Origin: Promethearchaeota archaeon
Lineage (GTDB): Archaea; Asgardarchaeota; Hermodarchaeia; Hermodarchaeales; Hermodarchaeaceae
Reading direction: 5' to 3'
DNA: 64,000 nucleotides
Assembly (NCBI GenBank): GCA_048938385.1
Contig: JBHLMG010000001.1
Coordinates: 1 to 64,000, forward strand
A program made the translations under genes and the position numbers. Positions 1-9,617 of this stretch are shown one piece after another. Below the pieces are notes generated by a model. It made no database searches. It was not told the DNA's origin and worked only from the letters and a program-made list of their open reading frames with translations. How positions within the stretch are numbered: the first letter of the stretch is position 1; each line of letters begins with the position of its first letter.

Positions 1-110
1 CAAGGAAAGTATCGCTATTTATCATAGAGAAACAAACCAGAAAATTTCTTCACGGACAACGCAGGAGAAACCGTTATAGGTAATTCTCTCTAGGAGTGAA
101 ACCACCTTTA

Positions 111-245
111 GCGGCCGTGGTCTAGTGGTTAGGATTTAGGCCTCCCATAGGCTGTTCTTAAAATAGCTTGGAGAACGCCTATAGCCCGGGTTCAAAAGTT
201 CAACTCGTTTTACGAGTTGAATGGAAAATCCCGGCGGCCGCACCA
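111..245 (+). tRNA. tRNA-Gly(CCC) with two BHB introns (148-175 at 37/38; 197-228 in T-loop, 59/60)
   Basis: Acceptor GCGGCCG/CGGCCGC-A-CCA; anticodon arm TAGGC-CT-CCC-AC-GCCTA after removing a 28-nt intron (helix CTCC/GGAG); T-loop TTCAAAT restored after removing a 32-nt hairpin intron. Confidence 0.95.
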
Positions 246-268
246 ATTCGATTCACGAACGCATAAAA

Positions 269-367
269 GCTATGATGACTACTTCTATTTGGAGAATGGC
301 TGTGACGACCTGACCCTTTAGACCTGTAGTGAACTACAAGGAATGACAGGGATCTTGAGTACTGAGC
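269..367 (+). ncRNA. C/D box sRNA, D-guide predicted to target tRNA-Leu(CAA) C34
   Basis: Box C ATGATGA 272-278, D' CTGA 310-313, C'-like GGAATGA 340-346, D CTGA 362-365; stem between D' and C'; T-tract downstream. Confidence 0.75.
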
Positions 368-391
368 CGCTCTCCACCCTTTTTTGAAAAA

Positions 392-1114
392 TTAGATTCG
401 AATTTTGTTATGATGCTGTTGAAATACAGCCATGTAGAGACAGTCTTGTCGTGATATGGTCATTGTTTCTGGAAGTATTCGCTGTTGGGTAAATGTTACA
501 GGAGCCCCGCGAATTAACACAAAGGGAACTTGTTCATCAGCTTCACCGAGAAGTACTTGGGCTGCAGACGCTAGATTATCTGCAACTGCTGATCGTGTTA
601 TCTGAAGAGGGCGATTGAAAAGATCTGGGTGCCCCCGATAATCCTTGATAGGATCTATCCCCGCGACTGCCACAGCTAATCCTACTGTACCCAATCTAAG
701 CGGTTGAGTCCGGCTATCCGCTATAATCACACCTACTTCATGCCCAATTCGTGATTCTATGTTTGTCTTGATTTCCCAGGCAGCGTCGGTGGGATTCATT
801 GGAAGCAGGACGACATGGCCCGGAGGAGCATTGGACCGATCAATCCCAGCATTAGCCATAAGAGTAGCGTTTTTTATCGTTAACAGTACGCGAGGAACGC
901 CCCCAAGAATTTCGTCTGCTTCTTCTATAATTAACTGCGCTAAAGGAGCTTCAATCTCATACTGCTCAGACAACTTTTGAGCTGAAGGAGAGATTTGAAC
1001 CTTAGATAAATCGCGGATACGGTTTTGCGCCATAGCTACTACTGTTTCAGCACAGACGATAACATCCTTAGGTTCTATCTGAACCCCTTGACTGGAAAGC
1101 GCTGTAATAAGCAC
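392..1114 (-). CDS. cofE: Coenzyme F420:L-glutamate ligase (true N-terminus probably extends to about 1176)
   Basis: ANAGIDRSN and VIIADSRTQPLRLG motifs; in-frame upstream IKLIGISTPIIQPG resembles the family N-terminus. Confidence 0.85.
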   Translation of the reverse strand: MLITALSSQGVQIEPKDVIVCAETVVAMAQNRIRDLSKVQISPSAQKLSEQYEIEAPLAQLIIEEADEILGGVPRVLLTIKNATLMANAGIDRSNAPPGHVVLLPMNPTDAAWEIKTNIESRIGHEVGVIIADSRTQPLRLGTVGLAVAVAGIDPIKDYRGHPDLFNRPLQITRSAVADNLASAAQVLLGEADEQVPFVLIRGAPVTFTQQRILPETMTISRQDCLYMAVFQQHHNKIRI

Positions 1115-1173
1115 ATTAGTAAGGTTTGAGCCGGGTTGAATGATCGGTGTTGAAATTCCTATAAGCTTGATTT

Positions 1174-2010
1174 TTAATCACATCCTCTAACAGAGTATAA
1201 TGCCTGTACCATTTTCACACAATCTTGGGTTGGTACAACATCGTGAGTGCGGATGACATGTACCCCCTCCCTTAATGCAACGGCTACAGCCGCAAGTGAA
1301 CCATATAACCGGTCTTTGGGTAACGGATACCCCAACACTTCTCCGACGAAATTTTTGCGTGAAGCCCCTATTAGAACCGGTTGATTGACTTCTCGAAGAG
1401 CAGTGAGATTCGTGATAATCTGTAAATCACAGTCAACTGGCTTGCCAAATCCTATGCCCGGATCTACAACAATTTGGCGCCTAGAAATTCCAGTTTCAGA
1501 AGCGATTTGAAGGCTTTCCTTCAAAGCCGAAAGAATGTGAGGTATTGTTTCACAGTCTCCGGGTCGTTGCTTTGATGCCATGAGCACACAACTTGCACCT
1601 GAATCTTTGATTACACTAGCCATAGCTGGATCACGCTTTAGGCCAGATACATCATTAACAATTGTCGCGCCTTCTTCTAGCGCTAGCTGAGCAACAGACG
1701 CATGCTGTGTATCTATGGATATAGTAATGTCAAAATCTTTAGCTAGCCTTCGAATTATTTTTACTATGCGTTTTTTTTCTGTCGCAACTGATACGGGTGG
1801 TGCCCCTGGAGCTGAGGAAGCCCCTCCGACATCGATAATATCAACTCGTTCTCCAATCATTTTTATTGCTGAAGAAACTGCGTTTTTAGGAGTAGCGTGA
1901 AAAGACCCCATAAAAAAAGAATTGGGATCTAAATTTATGACGCCCATAATTGCCACTCTATCATTATCACCAACATTAACAACGCCCAATCGTGCAGAGA
2001 GTGTACCCAT
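1174..2010 (-). CDS. folP: Dihydropteroate synthase family (FolP)
   Basis: IMGVINLDPNSF, DIIDVGG, VNDVSG, DPGIGFGK, SRKNF and RTHDV motifs. Confidence 0.9.
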   Translation of the reverse strand: MGTLSARLGVVNVGDNDRVAIMGVINLDPNSFFMGSFHATPKNAVSSAIKMIGERVDIIDVGGASSAPGAPPVSVATEKKRIVKIIRRLAKDFDITISIDTQHASVAQLALEEGATIVNDVSGLKRDPAMASVIKDSGASCVLMASKQRPGDCETIPHILSALKESLQIASETGISRRQIVVDPGIGFGKPVDCDLQIITNLTALREVNQPVLIGASRKNFVGEVLGYPLPKDRLYGSLAAVAVALREGVHVIRTHDVVPTQDCVKMVQALYSVRGCD

Positions 2011-2078
2011 CTTTATTACCGAAAGCTTAATCCCACCTGCTCAAATAAGAACTCGACCGTTTTAGCGAGGTTACCTCA

Positions 2079-3212
2079 TTGACCCAGTTAAAAACCACTC
2101 ATCTACACGATTGGCATATAACCCTTGGAGCAAAGATGGTACCCTTTGCGGGATTTCATTTGCCACTGTGGTATCAGGCTGCAGTACCTGAACATCTTGC
2201 TACCCGAAATGCAGCAGGGCTCTTTGATGTAACTCACATGGGCAGGGCAATGATTACTGGTCCTGAAGCAACTAATTATCTTGAGTATCTACTTCCCACC
2301 AGAGTTCAGCGGCTTGAAAAAGGAGCGGGAACCTATAGTGCCTTGTGCACTGAAGAAGGAGGAATCGTAGACGACCTTTTCTTGTTTCGTCTTGCTGAAC
2401 AGGAATACTATGTAGTCGTGAATGGTGCAAACCGCGTGAAAGATTTCGAATGGATGAATAGACACGCTAAAGACTTTGATGTATTGATAACTAATATCTC
2501 TGACCACACTCCGATGTTTGCTTTGCAAGGGCCTGTTGCTGTAAACATTCTTGACAAATTGACTGCTGACAATGTGAGTTCTGTTCCTCGGTTTAACGCT
2601 ATTCAAACTAAAATCGATGGTAATGAGATAATTGCTACCCGAAGTGGTTACACTGGTGAAGATGGTTTTGAAATTGCTCAGCTCAATGTCAAACTTAAAG
2701 AAAAGGAGAAAGCAGAAGCACTTTGGGAAATGATTATCGAAAACGGGAAAGAGAAAGGACTAGTTCCTGTAGGATTAGCAGCCCGTGATACGTTGCGGCT
2801 TGAAGCGGGTATGGTCTTATATGGTAATGATATCAATGAAGAGACCACGCCATTTCAAGCCCGTATTGGTTTTGTTGTACATTTAAAGAAAGACAAATTC
2901 ATTGGAAAAAAGGCGTTGGTAGCTGAGAAAAAAGAAAAGCCCCAAACTCTTCGCGTAGGATTAATTATGTTAGATAAAGGAATTCCTAGAACTGGAAACC
3001 CGATCTACGCTAAGGGAGAAATAATCGGTGAGATAACTAGTGGATCTATTTCACCGCTTCTCAAAAAGGGAGTTGGGTTGGGTTATGTTCAACGACCTTT
3101 TAGAAAAACAGAGACTTTGGTGCATATCGAAATTGGAAAAAAGATGCGTTGGGCAGAAATTTTCCACCCCAAAAAATTGCTTCCCCAGATAAAGAAACTG
3201 GCAGGTGGATAG
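2079..3212 (+). CDS. gcvT: Glycine cleavage system aminomethyltransferase T
   Basis: GLFDVTHMG, RSGYTGEDGFEI and GLAARDTLRLEAG motifs. Confidence 0.95.
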   Translation: MTQLKTTHLHDWHITLGAKMVPFAGFHLPLWYQAAVPEHLATRNAAGLFDVTHMGRAMITGPEATNYLEYLLPTRVQRLEKGAGTYSALCTEEGGIVDDLFLFRLAEQEYYVVVNGANRVKDFEWMNRHAKDFDVLITNISDHTPMFALQGPVAVNILDKLTADNVSSVPRFNAIQTKIDGNEIIATRSGYTGEDGFEIAQLNVKLKEKEKAEALWEMIIENGKEKGLVPVGLAARDTLRLEAGMVLYGNDINEETTPFQARIGFVVHLKKDKFIGKKALVAEKKEKPQTLRVGLIMLDKGIPRTGNPIYAKGEIIGEITSGSISPLLKKGVGLGYVQRPFRKTETLVHIEIGKKMRWAEIFHPKKLLPQIKKLAGG

Positions 3213-3224
3213 CTCACCTGTCAA

Positions 3225-3512
3225 TTAACGAGAACCCCAATCATCCACGATGCCCTTAGCAAATGATACAAGCAGCTGAGATACTGGATGCTTTGGGTTT
3301 AAATGTAGAATGCGACGTCTTCTAAAAAAACGGATATCTGATACAATTCCCGCTTTAATGAGTGGAAGTAGGCAGCGTTCCACTGAAGAAACGGATACAT
3401 TGGCACGGCGAGCAAGCTTGGAAAGGTGCATTGTTGTGTCTTTTTGCTCAACTAATACTTCAAGGAGTCGTACTTGGGGAGTGTCACCGAAGAGATCCTT
3501 TAATCGACCCAT
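3225..3512 (-). CDS. Small winged-HTH transcriptional regulator
   Basis: HTH pattern LSKLARRANVSVSSV; start placed at ATG 3512. Confidence 0.7.
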   Translation of the reverse strand: MGRLKDLFGDTPQVRLLEVLVEQKDTTMHLSKLARRANVSVSSVERCLLPLIKAGIVSDIRFFRRRRILHLNPKHPVSQLLVSFAKGIVDDWGSR

Positions 3513-3610
3513 AGGAACAAGCCAACCTCGCCGCAATTGAAAGGTGTACAACGTCAATACAGGAGCTCATGAGAGAAAAAGCTTACCGCAAATCATCTTC
3601 AACAATAATA

Positions 3611-4300
3611 TCAGGAGGAGACAAGGCGAGTTCCTGGTTTTTTGGTTTCTAAGACATCAATAATTTTACTGGGGATAATACCATTTACAAACCAAACTTC
3701 AATTCTTGCCCTTTGAATGATTTCAAGAGCTTGTTTATCAAACAATGGGTAAGTTCCTGGTTCACATTCCAAAGAGGAAATTATTTTCATCAATTGCTTT
3801 ACTGTCAGTAACGGGAGAAGTTTTGCTTGATCGGATTCTTTGGGATCGCGATCATACACTCCTTCAACATCGGTTACATTGATGAGAAGATTGGAATGGA
3901 TGAGTTCAGCTACTCGAGCGGCCACGGCATTAGTGGATTGCCTTGGTTGAAACCCTCCAAGAACCAGAACTCTTTCGTCTTGCTGAAGAGCGGCTAATTG
4001 TTCTTCATTCATTATCGGAGTAGGATAGGCCATTTTACCTAACGCTGTAATCATTAGCTGTGCACTAACCCAGGTTGCGGCAATCCCCAAATAATCCAGG
4101 GCGTCATGATCTCCACCCAAGATTCGTCCAGTTTCTACTAAGGCTTTAGCCAAACTTCCGCCCCCCACGACCAGAGCTAGGTCATCTCCTTGGCTTTTTA
4201 TTTTCCGTATCACTTGTGCGTATTCCTTAAACCGAACCGGATTGTATTTGCCACCCTCTTCGAATAGAAGAGACCCACCAATTTTTACTACAAGTTTCAT
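3611..4300 (-). CDS. pyrH: Uridylate kinase
   Basis: VVKIGGS, VGGG, STNAVAA and TDVEGVYDRDP motifs. Confidence 0.95.
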   Translation of the reverse strand: MKLVVKIGGSLLFEEGGKYNPVRFKEYAQVIRKIKSQGDDLALVVGGGSLAKALVETGRILGGDHDALDYLGIAATWVSAQLMITALGKMAYPTPIMNEEQLAALQQDERVLVLGGFQPRQSTNAVAARVAELIHSNLLINVTDVEGVYDRDPKESDQAKLLPLLTVKQLMKIISSLECEPGTYPLFDKQALEIIQRARIEVWFVNGIIPSKIIDVLETKKPGTRLVSS

Positions 4301-4399
4301 AGCAATACCTCAGAGTTCGAAAAGTTTTTGATTACCTTTAACGGTTGCTGCCTCAGATTTAAGGCACTCCCATGTTCTTTTACCTGATACGAAAGTGGG

Positions 4400-5668
4400 T
4401 TGTTTCCAATGTCTACTACTAGCAAATCATATCAGCGATTCAAACTCAAGAAAGTAGTGGACATTCTCGCCCGAAAAAAGGGTCTTCATACGGAATTAGT
4501 TACACTCTACATACCACCTGATAGGCAAATGAGCGATGTTGTTGGAACGCTTCGTGACGAGTATGGAACCGCATCAAACATTAAGTCAAAATCAACGCGA
4601 AAAAATGTGATGGACGCAATACAAACCGTTATTCAGCGTCTCAAAATCATACCAACACCACCGCCTAATGGATTAGCTGTCTTTGCAGGAGCCATTCCCC
4701 ATGGAGCGCCGGGAAGTGAAAAGATGGAAATCCATCTCATTGAGCCCCCAGAACCTGTTAATGTGTATATCTATCGTTGTGCAGCAGAGTTTTGGCTAGA
4801 TCCACTTCGTGAAATGCTTATACCAAAAGATAGCCATGGACTCATTTCAATTGACCGAAGTGCCGCTTCCTGGGCACTTCTTCGTGGTACGAATTTACAG
4901 ATAATAAAGACGCTCAAATCCGGTATAATGGGAAAGCATCGAGCAGGTGGTCAAAGCCAGCGACGATTCGAACGATTAATTGAACAAGCCGCTCATGAAT
5001 TTCTTACACGATCAGCAGAGATGACACAGGAAGTATTCGGAGATATTACTGATTTGAAAGGGATTATCGTGGGAGGTCCTGGGTTCACAAAGGAAGTCTT
5101 TACCGATAAGGGCTATTTGAAACCGCCTCTTAAAGATAAGGTCTTAGCTGTACTCGACACCGCGTATTCTGGTGAGGAAGGAATTCGAGCCCTCGTCGAA
5201 AAAGCTGACCAAATTCTTCGCGATCAGAGACTCGTTGAAGAAAAACGGCTGGTTCAACGATTTCTAGAAGAGCTAGCCCGCGACTCGGGTCTAGCCACCT
5301 ACGGCGAAAAGCAAGTCCGCTCAGCACTTGATCGAGGGGCTGTCGAGATAATCCTCGTTTCGGAAGGAATTGAATACACACGAGCCAAGATTGAATGCTC
5401 TTCTTGTGGTTACACAACAGAAAAGACAGTTTCAGTTGATGAATTAGCACGACTTGAGGATCAAGTAGGCACACAACAATGCCCTCAATGTAAAAATCAA
5501 ACACTTCAACTCATCGAGTCGGAGGGTCTAATCGAGGAGTTGGGAGAACAAGCCAGGCAAACAAGTGCTGACATTGAAGTGATTTCTCCTGAAACAGAAG
5601 AGGGAAAACAGTTACTTACCGCTTTTCGAGGAATTGGCGCACTTCTCCGATGGTCAGAAAATAACTAA
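4400..5668 (+). CDS. prf1: Peptide chain release factor aRF1 with zinc-ribbon insertion
   Basis: TASNIKS, YRC and GGQS motifs; CSSC...CPQC in the C domain. Confidence 0.97.
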   Translation: MFPMSTTSKSYQRFKLKKVVDILARKKGLHTELVTLYIPPDRQMSDVVGTLRDEYGTASNIKSKSTRKNVMDAIQTVIQRLKIIPTPPPNGLAVFAGAIPHGAPGSEKMEIHLIEPPEPVNVYIYRCAAEFWLDPLREMLIPKDSHGLISIDRSAASWALLRGTNLQIIKTLKSGIMGKHRAGGQSQRRFERLIEQAAHEFLTRSAEMTQEVFGDITDLKGIIVGGPGFTKEVFTDKGYLKPPLKDKVLAVLDTAYSGEEGIRALVEKADQILRDQRLVEEKRLVQRFLEELARDSGLATYGEKQVRSALDRGAVEIILVSEGIEYTRAKIECSSCGYTTEKTVSVDELARLEDQVGTQQCPQCKNQTLQLIESEGLIEELGEQARQTSADIEVISPETEEGKQLLTAFRGIGALLRWSENN

Positions 5669-5777
5669 GACAAAAAATCTTGGAGAAAGCCTTTTTAGCG
5701 AGCGAGGGAATGCCGTCACCTAATCAACCAAAAAATAAACAAGTCATGTAAATGATTTTTATGGAGTCCGTGAATGA

Positions 5778-8186
5778 GTGAGGTTGGACCAGGTGGGGCA
5801 TAAAACACTCTTGAAGGAAAAGCGATGGAAGCCTGAGATTGAACAAGAAATTCTTGAGCTATGGACCAATGAAGAACTCTTCGCTTTCAATAAAAACACT
5901 AAGCGCCCCATCTTCACTGTCGACACGCCACCACCGTATCTGAGTGGACCCTGGCATGTCGGTGGTTCCATTCATTATGCGCAAATCGATATGATCGCAC
6001 GCACTAAACGCATGGAAGGCTTTGAAGTTAATTTCCCAATGGGTTTGGATCGTAATGGATTACCAATAGAGGTCCAAGTGGAAAAGGCCTACGACATTAG
6101 TATGCATCAGGTTCCCCGACAAAAGTTCCTAGACATGTGTGCTGAATTCTTAGATCGTAATGAGGTCCTAGTCGTAAACCATGCAAAAAGGCTTGGACTG
6201 AGCTGTAACTCATTCAAAAATGACGAGATGTATCGCACAGATAGCCCAGAATATCGTGCGATAACGCAACGCACTTTCATTGAACTTTTTAGCAAAGACC
6301 TTGTCTATATTGATGACCGCCCGAATAATTGGTGCCCGATATGTGGAACCACAATTGCTGATGCAGAAGTTGAGTACAAGAACCTTGAAACCACGCTTGT
6401 AACACTTAAATTTAGAACTGAAGAGACAGACGAGGAGCTGCCCATAGCGACGACACGCCCTGAACTTCTATCGGCTTGTGCCGCAATTCTCGTCAACCCA
6501 GAAGATGAAAGATACAAACACCTTCACCAAAAAACTGCTCTCACACCGTTGTATAACAAACGCGTTCCAATAATCCCCCACCATGAAGCCCGAATCGAGT
6601 TTGGTTCTGGCGTAGTCATGGTTTGTAGTTACGGGGATTATACTGATGTCAGACTATTTCGTGATTTACAGCTAACACCTATTAATGCCGTTGGCCCAGA
6701 CGGGAAACTCACTGAGATCACCGGACCCTACAAGGAGTTGACCATCACCCAAGCACGCCAGACTATATTAAAAGACTTGAAGGAAAAGGGACTCATTCTT
6801 AAAACCGAAACCATTATGCATCGCACTCCTACCTGTTGGCGCAGCGAGAATCCTATTGAATTTATCGCTATGCAAGAGTACTACCTCAAACAAATACCCT
6901 TCATCGATGATCTCCGAAAAGTCATCGACCAAATTACCTTCTTTCCTCCCAAACACAAACAGATACTTATCGACTGGATTAATAGCGTAAGTCGAGATTG
7001 GCCGATAAGTCGACGGCGGTTTTACGGAACTGAAATACCACTCTGGTATTGCAACAAATGTAAGGCACCAATTGTACCACCACCAGGTCCTTACTACCAA
7101 CCATGGAGAACGCTGCCCCCAATAAAGAAGTGCACAAAATGTGGTTCTAGCCAGGGATTCACCGGAGAGACCCGAACAATGGATACCTGGATGGACTCAT
7201 CAATCAGCTCATTAGTAATCCTTTCGTACACCAAAGACAACGCATTCTTTAACAGAACCTTTCCTGCAAGTATTCGACCACAAGGAAAGGACATTGTACG
7301 CACCTGGCTTTATTACACCATTCTTCGAATTTACCAACTTTTCAAAAGTCCGGCATTCAAATACATCTGGATTAGCGGTCACGGCCTTAATGAAAAAGGC
7401 GAAGCCATGAGTAAATCACGAGGAAACACCATCGATCCCAACCCGATAATCGATAAATACGGGTCTGATGCTTTCAGACTTTGGGGATCTCTCGAAGCCT
7501 CACTTGGATCTGATTTCCGATTCAATGAAGAACGCGTTGCAGGCACATACCGATTCCTTACTAAGCTTTGGAATATATCCCGCTTTATATCCAGCTTCCC
7601 CCAGCCTACTGAACCAAAGGGACTACTCCAGCCTGCTGATCATTGGATTCTCTCTGAACTCAATAAACTCATATTACGGGCCAAAGCGGGCTATGACAAA
7701 CTAGACTTCATCATTCCAGCACGAGAACTACGCAACTTTACATGGGATATATTTGCTAGTCATTACCTTGAACTCGTAAAAGGACGGGCATATAGTGAAG
7801 ATGATGAACCAGGACGGAATGCAGCCTGGTATACGCTACACACCGTTCTTCAAGCAGTCTTGAAACTCCTCGCCCCAATTTGTCCTTTCATCACTGACAA
7901 AATTCACCGTGCCGTCTATGATTCGAAAACCTCTATCCATACCCAACTCTTTCCTGAGCCTATTGACGGAGTAGACCCAGATCACCCAACAGAAATCCTA
8001 ACTAAGTTTAACACCGACATCTGGAAGCATAAAAAAGACTTGAAAATGAGCCTCCGCGAAGCAATTCCTAGTGTAAAAACATCTAAGGTTCTCAAGCCTT
8101 ATCTAGATGACCTAAAGCGGATGCATAACATTCAGCAGTTTTCATTCCATGCTAAGGATAACACAGAAATATCCCCACCTAAATAA
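5778..8186 (+). CDS. valS: Valyl-tRNA synthetase (start may be GTG 5793)
   Basis: DTPPPY, HVGG (HIGH), ATTRPE, DWPISRRR, DTWMDSS and AMSKS motifs. Confidence 0.95.
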   Translation: MRLDQVGHKTLLKEKRWKPEIEQEILELWTNEELFAFNKNTKRPIFTVDTPPPYLSGPWHVGGSIHYAQIDMIARTKRMEGFEVNFPMGLDRNGLPIEVQVEKAYDISMHQVPRQKFLDMCAEFLDRNEVLVVNHAKRLGLSCNSFKNDEMYRTDSPEYRAITQRTFIELFSKDLVYIDDRPNNWCPICGTTIADAEVEYKNLETTLVTLKFRTEETDEELPIATTRPELLSACAAILVNPEDERYKHLHQKTALTPLYNKRVPIIPHHEARIEFGSGVVMVCSYGDYTDVRLFRDLQLTPINAVGPDGKLTEITGPYKELTITQARQTILKDLKEKGLILKTETIMHRTPTCWRSENPIEFIAMQEYYLKQIPFIDDLRKVIDQITFFPPKHKQILIDWINSVSRDWPISRRRFYGTEIPLWYCNKCKAPIVPPPGPYYQPWRTLPPIKKCTKCGSSQGFTGETRTMDTWMDSSISSLVILSYTKDNAFFNRTFPASIRPQGKDIVRTWLYYTILRIYQLFKSPAFKYIWISGHGLNEKGEAMSKSRGNTIDPNPIIDKYGSDAFRLWGSLEASLGSDFRFNEERVAGTYRFLTKLWNISRFISSFPQPTEPKGLLQPADHWILSELNKLILRAKAGYDKLDFIIPARELRNFTWDIFASHYLELVKGRAYSEDDEPGRNAAWYTLHTVLQAVLKLLAPICPFITDKIHRAVYDSKTSIHTQLFPEPIDGVDPDHPTEILTKFNTDIWKHKKDLKMSLREAIPSVKTSKVLKPYLDDLKRMHNIQQFSFHAKDNTEISPPK

Positions 8187-8204
8187 CCTCGAACCTAATT
8201 TCAA

Positions 8205-8279
8205 GGGGCGATAGATCAATGGTAGATCGCGTGCCTCGCACGCACGAGGTTCCGGGTTCAAGTCCCGGTCGCTCCACCA
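8205..8279 (+). tRNA. tRNA-Ala(CGC), no intron
   Basis: Cloverleaf with G3:U70, anticodon arm CGTGC-CTCGCAC-GCACG, encoded CCA. Confidence 0.97.
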
Positions 8280-8348
8280 AACACTTGCACTGCAATGGCA
8301 AAACTCATATAAACACGCAATACTACGCGGAAAAATCATCAATAATGT

Positions 8349-8479
8349 GGGCCGGTGGCCTAGAGGATGCTAAGTTTTGGCGTCCGGGAAACCTGGTAGG
8401 GCACTCGGCTGATAACCGAGAGGTCGCGGGTTCGAATCGCAGTCCAAGGGACTTCGCGAAATGCCCGTCCGGCCCACCA
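8349..8479 (+). tRNA. tRNA-Ile(GAT) with two BHB introns (8364-8391 in D-loop; 8437-8462 in T-loop)
   Basis: Anticodon arm CTCGG-CTGATAA-CCGAG; T-loop intron has perfect TTCG/CGAA central helix; encoded CCA. Confidence 0.95.
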
Positions 8480-8521
8480 TTTTTCATTCTACCGACTAAT
8501 CAAAAGAATAAGTGGTGGAAT

Positions 8522-9064
8522 TCAGTCTTCACTTGATACTTCAGAAAAAATCCGCGTCTGCAGATATTCACCCAATAGAGTTAACGCATATTTTGCCAGA
8601 CGCGAATTATCGCTATGTGGGCTCTGCCATCTACGATATTGCGCGGCTTGAAGAATTCGATTAAGAGTTGTGAAGATCTCTTTAGGATCTTTCAGTTGAA
8701 TGGAAATTCGATCCTCTGGAATCTCAATCTGTTCTTCCAAGGAGACCTGACCACCCCAACCCTCATAGATTAGAAGACCAAGGAAGAGCAGCACTACAAA
8801 CGCAACAAGAGAATAGCGAATTTCTATAGGAATTGCGAGAGACGCAGAGGGATTCAAGAGGCCGGCTTGCAGTATGAGTAGCTCTGAAGCAGAAAACCAA
8901 ATAGCCACAACCCCAAGACCAACTAGAGCAAAAATAATCCTGATACGCTGGCGTGCGTAAACATCTTTGATAATGGTATCAAGGAAAAGCAGTTCACCAA
9001 TTAGCGGATATAGGAGAAATAGTAATGTTGAGAGCATTCCTGATACTGGTTTTGATTGACCCAT
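8522..9064 (-). CDS. Hypothetical membrane protein (about 3 TM)
   Basis: Three hydrophobic segments followed by a soluble C-terminus. Confidence 0.6.
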   Translation of the reverse strand: MGQSKPVSGMLSTLLFLLYPLIGELLFLDTIIKDVYARQRIRIIFALVGLGVVAIWFSASELLILQAGLLNPSASLAIPIEIRYSLVAFVVLLFLGLLIYEGWGGQVSLEEQIEIPEDRISIQLKDPKEIFTTLNRILQAAQYRRWQSPHSDNSRLAKYALTLLGEYLQTRIFSEVSSED

Positions 9065-9169
9065 AGCCGAATCCCGTTCTCGTCAACTTACCTAAAGGGG
9101 GATACGAGGGGAAAGAATAAATAGAGTTCGTATGGTGTATTTCTCCCGACTGGTTTGCTTGGTGAGTCG

Positions 9170-9601
9170 ATGTCTGACCTGTGGTGGCCTAAATTCATTC
9201 GTAAACCGCGATTACGGTTACGCACACCACGTATCCGTGAGGTCCCCCTCCCCTCGAAGTGGATTTTCTTTGCAATTATATTGGGGGTTTACTACTTTGT
9301 CGCAAGTGGTGGAATGTTTACTATCTCTTACCAACCGGAACCATATTTACCTACTTCCTCAGGCCCACTACTATTATACCCCAGCATTCATCGCCAACTT
9401 CTAATAGAAGGAATAGTTGGCGGTGTGATGTATTTTGTTGGATTTCTTGGTTTCTATTTGATGTACCAAAGTACCAGACATATTTATCGTCCACGATATT
9501 CGCAGATGATGCTTGCATCAGGACTTGTTCTTATACTGATATCGTTCTTTGGATGTCAATGGTTAATTGCGGAGAAGTTACGACTGGCATTAATGTTCTG
9601 A
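9170..9601 (+). CDS. Oligosaccharyltransferase subunit OSTC/DC2 (OST3/OST6 family)-like membrane protein
   Basis: YYFVASGGMF and RQLLIEGIVGGVMYFVGFLG resemble the OST3/6-OSTC TM region; SD GGTGA before ATG 9170. Confidence 0.7.
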   Translation: MSDLWWPKFIRKPRLRLRTPRIREVPLPSKWIFFAIILGVYYFVASGGMFTISYQPEPYLPTSSGPLLLYPSIHRQLLIEGIVGGVMYFVGFLGFYLMYQSTRHIYRPRYSQMMLASGLVLILISFFGCQWLIAEKLRLALMF

Positions 9602-9617
9602 AGCATTATTTCGAATC

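Noticed and set aside
1-110. Window edges (1-110 and 63920-64000)
   Set aside because: Probably truncated gene ends; too short to assign.
8142-8536. ORFs 8142-8342 and 8219-8536
   Set aside because: They overlap tRNA-Ala and tRNA-Ile; spurious.
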